Source: an uncultured Microthrixaceae bacterium
Lineage (GTDB): Bacteria; Actinomycetota; Acidimicrobiia; Acidimicrobiales; VFJN01
Assembly: GCA_963727905.1 (NCBI GenBank)
Contig: CAVSIC010000039.1
Span: forward strand, 263,663-327,662
DNA length: 64,000 bases
Direction of reading: 5' to 3'
Positions within the stretch are counted from its first letter, which is position 1, and every line of letters starts with the position of its first letter. Shown here in pieces: positions 59,263-64,000 of this stretch. The translations under genes were made by a program, and so were the position numbers. Under the pieces are notes generated by a model. The model worked only from the letters and a program-made list of their open reading frames with translations. It searched no databases and was not told the DNA's origin.

Positions 59263-61485
59263 TCAGCCGATGGCAGTCCGTCGGCGCAGGGCCCGGAACG
59301 CCAGGGCCGCCGCGCCGAGGGCGATGCCCACCGAGGCCGGCAGCACGCCACCGGTCTTCGGGAGCGGGTGTCGGCTGGCCGGCGCCGGATCCTTCGGGAT
59401 GGAGTCCGGACCGATCACCGGGCCCTTGGTGGACACGGTGGTCGGCGAGCCGTTCTCCGGATCGATGATCGCGGTGTTGGCGAGCGTGCCGGTGGCGTCA
59501 TCGTCGACCTTCACGACCACCGAGAGGATGGCGCTCGAGCCGGCGGGGAGGTTCGTCAGGGTCCAGCTCACCTTGTCAGGCGGGCTGTTCGTGCACCCCT
59601 TGTTGCAGGACACGAAGGCGACCCGGGAGTCGAGGGTGTCGGTGATCTTGACGTTCGTGCAGTCCTCGCCACCGCTGTTGAAGGCGTGGACGTAGTAGCT
59701 GAACGTCTGACCCGGGGTGACCTGGATGTGGCTGGCGTCCTTGTTGGAGAAGCCGACGTTGCACGGGCCGGAGAAGTCGGTCCGCACGGTGGGCGTGTCG
59801 TCCACCCGGTCGTCCTTGGTGACCGGACGGCCGTCGCACTCACCGGTGACGGTGACCACGTCGTCGAAGGAGTCGCCGTTCTCGGCGTCCGCCGGGACCT
59901 TGATCGTCAGCGTGATGTTCTTCGTCTCGTTGGGAGCGAGGTCCCCGAGGTCGAAGGTCACCTTGCCGCCGTCGATGGTGCCGTCAGGCTCCGTGTCGAG
60001 GATCTGGAAGCCGGCGGGACCGGTGACCACGTCGGTGACGGTGACGTCCGTGACGGTGCACGGGCCCCGGTTCGGGACGGCGATGTTGTACTCGAAGGTG
60101 CCGCCAGGGGCGACCTCGAGGGCGGAGGCGTGCTTGTTGAGCTCGCGCAGCGGGTTGTTGGGCTCGCCGCACTTGATGCCGCCAGCCGGAGCGACGACGG
60201 AGGCGCCGAACGGACCGACCTGGACCTCGAGGAGCGAGTTGTCGATGTCGGCGCCGAGGGCGCTGAGGATCTGGTTGAGGCCGTCACGGAGCGGCTCGGC
60301 CGCACCGGCAGCGGTCGGCAGCAGCAGCTCGACCTTGACGATCGCGCCGCTGACCGAGGCGCTGGTGCCGTCGGCAGCCGTCGCCTCGGCGAACGGGATC
60401 GACACCTTGATGATCGGCTGGAGGGCGGCGAGGGCCTGGGCCAGCGCGTCGTCGATCGGGGTGGTGAGGTCGACCAGCGGGTCGAGCCCGAGGTCGAGCA
60501 CCAGGTCGGTGAGGAGGCCGGTGGTGTTCAGGCCGAGGAGGTCACCGAGCACGAGGTCGGTGAGCTGGGCCTCGGTGTCCGGGTTGGCGCCGTCGAGGGT
60601 GATGACGGAGCCGCCACCGATCTTGACGTCGACGACCGGAGCGGTGCCGGTGACGCTGGCGCCGCCGGGGAGGCCGCTGGCGCTGACGATGTAGTTCGGC
60701 GTCTGCACGACGTCGAGCTGGATGAAGGACGCGATGTCCGGCACCAGGTCGTTCAGCACGTTGGCGCTGCTGACGTCGGTGACGACGCGGGCCTGGACGG
60801 CACGCGGGTCCTCGTCGCCCGGGATCGAGGCCAGGTAGGTGGAGGCCTCGGTGTCGACGGCGCCGTCGGCGTCATCGGTGTCGAGGTCGACGACCGACTG
60901 GCCGTCCTCGGGGGCGAGCACCAGGGCGTCGGCCAGCGACTGGTCGGCGAGGGAGAGCGGGGTCTCGGCGTCGACGCACTCGGTGTCGCTGATGAAGTTC
61001 GCGACGGCGCTGGTGCGGATCACGTCGACGTTGAGCAGCGGCTCGAGGTTGAGCGGGATCGCGATGTCCTCGTGGGCCTCGGACTCGGGAGCCGACGCCT
61101 CGTTGGTCTGGACGGCGATCGCGGCACCGAGGAGGTCGGTGTCGCCCGTCGTCTCGGCGATGGCGGCGCTGCGCTGCGCGCCGGCCTTGTCGAGGTCGAG
61201 GTCGTTGCCCGAGTTGGCGTCGGCCCGGGAACGGCCCAGGTCGACGTCGGTCTGCGGGAGCAGGGCCGGCGAGAGCGACGGCACCTTGATGGTGAGGAGG
61301 CTGGCGTCAGCCGCGGCGGCGTAGTCGCCGGACATCTTCAGCTCGGAGGCACCGGCCGATGACCCGGCTGATGCCGAGCCTCCGGTCGAGGCGTGGGCTG
61401 GCGCCACGGTGGACACCAGCGCGAGGCCGAGGCCCGCGGCCAGGACCGCAGCAGCGGTTCGGGTCGGAGTGGATCGACGGAGCAT
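59263..61485 (-). CDS. LPKTG-anchored surface protein with two DUF11 Ig-like domains
   Basis: Signal ..PAHA; LNKHAS..PGGTFEYNIAVPNRGP; NKDAS..PGQTFSYYVHAFNSG; LPKTG + TM + RRR. Confidence 0.85.
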   Translation of the reverse strand: MLRRSTPTRTAAAVLAAGLGLALVSTVAPAHASTGGSASAGSSAGASELKMSGDYAAAADASLLTIKVPSLSPALLPQTDVDLGRSRADANSGNDLDLDKAGAQRSAAIAETTGDTDLLGAAIAVQTNEASAPESEAHEDIAIPLNLEPLLNVDVIRTSAVANFISDTECVDAETPLSLADQSLADALVLAPEDGQSVVDLDTDDADGAVDTEASTYLASIPGDEDPRAVQARVVTDVSSANVLNDLVPDIASFIQLDVVQTPNYIVSASGLPGGASVTGTAPVVDVKIGGGSVITLDGANPDTEAQLTDLVLGDLLGLNTTGLLTDLVLDLGLDPLVDLTTPIDDALAQALAALQPIIKVSIPFAEATAADGTSASVSGAIVKVELLLPTAAGAAEPLRDGLNQILSALGADIDNSLLEVQVGPFGASVVAPAGGIKCGEPNNPLRELNKHASALEVAPGGTFEYNIAVPNRGPCTVTDVTVTDVVTGPAGFQILDTEPDGTIDGGKVTFDLGDLAPNETKNITLTIKVPADAENGDSFDDVVTVTGECDGRPVTKDDRVDDTPTVRTDFSGPCNVGFSNKDASHIQVTPGQTFSYYVHAFNSGGEDCTNVKITDTLDSRVAFVSCNKGCTNSPPDKVSWTLTNLPAGSSAILSVVVKVDDDATGTLANTAIIDPENGSPTTVSTKGPVIGPDSIPKDPAPASRHPLPKTGGVLPASVGIALGAAALAFRALRRRTAIG

Positions 61486-61662
61486 GCGCAACCTTCCGTT
61501 GTTGCCCGAGCGGGCAGAGATCATCGGTGTGCGCGCGAGGGGGCACGCACACAGCGGGGAACAATAGGAGACCATTGCGGTCGCGTGTCGAATCGGATCT
61601 CGGATTGTCCGAAGTTGGTCGAAAAGACACAGGACCGTCGAGTTCCCCGAACTGGCTTCAGA

Positions 61663-62679
61663 TCAGCCCTCGGCGGCCACCTGCGCCTGCACCAGGGTGG
61701 CGGCGTGGACATCCGCCCGGCCCGGTCCACCGGTCGTGGAGGCCTCCGGGCGCCACTCGATCCCGGCCAGCGCGGCCACGAAGGCCCCGCCGCAGTCCCG
61801 CAGGGCGGCGAGGTCGTACCCACCCTCCAGGAACGCGAGGCGGCGCCCGGGGGGGGCCAAGGGGAGCAGCGCGGCGGTCAGGTCGGCCACGTCGCCCGCA
61901 GAGAGCCCGAGGTCGGTGAGCGGATCGGCGCGGTGCGCGTCGAAGCCGGCGGACAGCAGCAGCCACGTCGGAGCGAACCGCTCCGCCAGCGGGACGACCA
62001 GCTCGTCCACGGCCGCGAGGTACGCGTCGCCGGTGGTGCCGGCGGGCAGCGGCACGTTCACGGTCAGTCCGTGCCCCGCTCCCCCACCGACCTCACGACG
62101 ATCACCGGTGCCCGGGTAGAGCGGGGACTGGTGCAGCGATGCGTAGGCGACGCGCGGATCTGACCAGAACACGTCCTGCGTGCCGTTGCCGTGGTGCGCG
62201 TCGAAGTCGACGATCAGCACGCGCTCACCGCGTTCCGCCAGCGCCGCCGCCGCGACCGCGACGTTGTTCAGGAGGCAGAAGCCCATCGGGGTGTCGGGGG
62301 TGGCGTGGTGGCCGGGCGGGCGCACCGCGCAGAACGCGGCCGATCCGGCGCCCGCGTCCAGCGCCTCGATCGCGGCGAGGCCGGCGCCGGCGGCCAGCAC
62401 CGCTGCGTCGTACGACCCCGCTCCCATCGCCGTGTCGGCGTCGAGCCGGCCGCCGCCGGCGTCGCGTGCTCGCTCGAGCAGCGCCAGCAGGCTCGGGTCG
62501 TGGGCGCGGACCAGCTCGTCGCGCGTGGCTGCACGCGGCTCGCACGGCACGAGCGCGTCGCCCACCCCTGCCTCGGCGGCGCCGTCGAGCACCGCCCGCA
62601 GGCGCTCGGGACGCTCCGGGTGGCCGCGACCCGGGTCGTGGTCCAGGAACCGCGGGTGGGTGACGAGGAGGACGGTCAC
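61663..62679 (-). CDS. Histone deacetylase-family (AcuC/AphA-like) Zn deacetylase
   Basis: HPERPERL, RPPGHHA, GFCLLNN, DFDAHHGNGTQ, SAGFDAH, LEGGY. Confidence 0.94.
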   Translation of the reverse strand: MTVLLVTHPRFLDHDPGRGHPERPERLRAVLDGAAEAGVGDALVPCEPRAATRDELVRAHDPSLLALLERARDAGGGRLDADTAMGAGSYDAAVLAAGAGLAAIEALDAGAGSAAFCAVRPPGHHATPDTPMGFCLLNNVAVAAAALAERGERVLIVDFDAHHGNGTQDVFWSDPRVAYASLHQSPLYPGTGDRREVGGGAGHGLTVNVPLPAGTTGDAYLAAVDELVVPLAERFAPTWLLLSAGFDAHRADPLTDLGLSAGDVADLTAALLPLAPPGRRLAFLEGGYDLAALRDCGGAFVAALAGIEWRPEASTTGGPGRADVHAATLVQAQVAAEG

Positions 62680-62757
62680 GGGACGCCGAGGCTACAAGCG
62701 GTCCCGCCGACCCCGGCCCGGACCGAACGGGCGGGAGGGCGCTTGTACCGTGGCCCC

Positions 62758-63480
62758 GTGTCCGCCCGAAGCCTGCCGCTCGGTGATGACCGGCTCCGGG
62801 TCGCGCCGTGGCGTGGCGATCCCACCACCGCGTACCTCGTCGCGCGCCGTGGTCGCCCGAGCCCGTTCGCCCTGGCCCGGTGCCTCGAGCAGCTGGCCGG
62901 TGGCGGATACCGGGCGGCGCTCACCGCGGCCCTCGCGCCCGCCGACCAGGAGCCGTGGCTGGCCAACGGGTTCGTCGTGCACGAGCGCCTGCACCTCCTC
63001 TCTCGTGCGGTCGAGCCGGCCCTCGACGACCTCCCTGGCCGGGTGGACCTCCGTCGCGGGCGCCGGCGGGACCGCGCGGAGGTCCTCGCCGTCGACGGGG
63101 CCGCCTTCCCGACCTTCTGGCGGCTCGACGAGGCCGGGCTCGACGACGCGCTCGGAGCGACCCCGAGCTCGAGGTTCCGGGTCGCCACCCGTGGCCAGGC
63201 CGGGGGCGAGGTCGTGGGCTACGCGGTGACCGGTCGGGCCGGGCCACGCGGCTACCTCCAGCGGTTGGCGGTCTCGCCCGCCGTGCAGCGCGCGGGGATC
63301 GGCACGGCGCTGGTCGCCGACGGGCTCCGTTGGCTGCGACGCTGGGGGGCGCGCGAGATCCTGGTGAACACACAGGAGGACAACGACGCGGCGGTCGCCC
63401 TCTACGAGCACCTCGGCTTCCGGCACCACGACGAAGGCCTCGCCGTCCTGCAACGGCCGCTGTCGAGCCCCGTCCGGTGA
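62758..63480 (+). CDS. GNAT N-acetyltransferase
   Basis: YLQRLAVSPAVQRAGIGTAL..VNTQEDNDAAVALYEHLGF. Confidence 0.88.
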   Translation: MSARSLPLGDDRLRVAPWRGDPTTAYLVARRGRPSPFALARCLEQLAGGGYRAALTAALAPADQEPWLANGFVVHERLHLLSRAVEPALDDLPGRVDLRRGRRRDRAEVLAVDGAAFPTFWRLDEAGLDDALGATPSSRFRVATRGQAGGEVVGYAVTGRAGPRGYLQRLAVSPAVQRAGIGTALVADGLRWLRRWGAREILVNTQEDNDAAVALYEHLGFRHHDEGLAVLQRPLSSPVR

Positions 63481-64000
63481 GCGCCCGGTCCCGCGCCCTC
63501 GCCGGGGCGCTCGCCACCGTGGTGCTCCTCGGGCTGCAGCAGCCGAGCGCCCCTGCCGGCGCGCAGGACGGCCGGCAGGAGCCGAGCGACCTGACGATCA
63601 CCGCGCAGACCACCCTGGTTCAGGTCGGCGGCGCGTTCTCTGCCTCGGTGCGGGTGGACGGAGTGCCCGGAGCCACCGGCGTGCGGGTCACGGTCCACGA
63701 CCGCGTCCGCACCCGGTCGGAGCTGGCCCGCGCCCACGAGGGCACCGGCCTGCGAGCCAGCGTCGGCGCCACCACCTATCCCCTCGGCGAGCTGGCCCTC
63801 CGACCCGACGGCGGCCGGCTCCTCACCTTCCCGCTCGAGGCCGATGGCCGTGCCATCGCCACGCCGGGGGTGTACCCCGTCACCGTGGAGGCCGTGGCCG
63901 ACGACGGCGACGAGCTCGACGAGCTCGTGACCGACCTCGTGGTGCGACCGAACGCCAACGAGCACACCCCGCCGCTGGCCGTCGCGCTCGTGGCGCAGGC
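63477..64000 (+). CDS. Secreted DUF6049-like protein, N-terminal part (runs off window)
   Basis: GTG overlapping the GNAT stop; signal peptide; RVTVHDRVRTRSEL..PGVYPVTVEA; usual position near the CCA-enzyme gene. Confidence 0.7.
   Translation, partial: MSARSRALAGALATVVLLGLQQPSAPAGAQDGRQEPSDLTITAQTTLVQVGGAFSASVRVDGVPGATGVRVTVHDRVRTRSELARAHEGTGLRASVGATTYPLGELALRPDGGRLLTFPLEADGRAIATPGVYPVTVEAVADDGDELDELVTDLVVRPNANEHTPPLAVALVAQ

Noticed and set aside
61490-61660. AT-richer intergenic region upstream of the DUF11 gene as an ncRNA or riboswitch
   Set aside because: No recognisable conserved motif or convincing structure; probably just a promoter region.

Overview
High-GC actinobacterial chromosome segment (gene content suggests class Acidimicrobiia; inference). 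The right third (dnaB-rplI-rpsR-ssb-rpsF, PBP1A, DUF5318, PadR-ino1, CCA enzyme, DUF6049) follows the origin-proximal gene order typical of Actinomycetota. Two accessory surface systems stand out. (1) Positions 1-18653 hold a co-oriented minus-strand cluster: PP2C phosphatase, FHA-HTH protein, FHA/Zn-ribbon protein, Ser/Thr kinase, FHA protein, a giant Ig/FN3 adhesin, a lipoprotein that copies the adhesin tip domain, MoxR, DUF58, a triad-less transglutaminase and a ubiquitin-like/FHA/EccC-EssC-type FtsK protein. It resembles a PFNA-like operon coupled to a type VII-like ATPase. (2) Positions 25260-33981 hold two tandem paralogous ~1400-aa LPRTG sortase substrates, each built from 13 in-register Gly/Asn-rich repeats (candidate cell-wall-anchored beta-solenoid or functional amyloid). 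Also present: tRNA-Gly(CCC), a DnaB P-loop intein with a degenerate LAGLIDADG nuclease, an Asp-type MurA, candidate GlnR boxes, an IscR-type-1-like operator, and a ~100-120 bp repeat found at the stop codons of two genes. Several single-base frameshifts, including two in housekeeping ino1, suggest indel errors in the assembly. All calls come from manual motif reading; no database searches were run.
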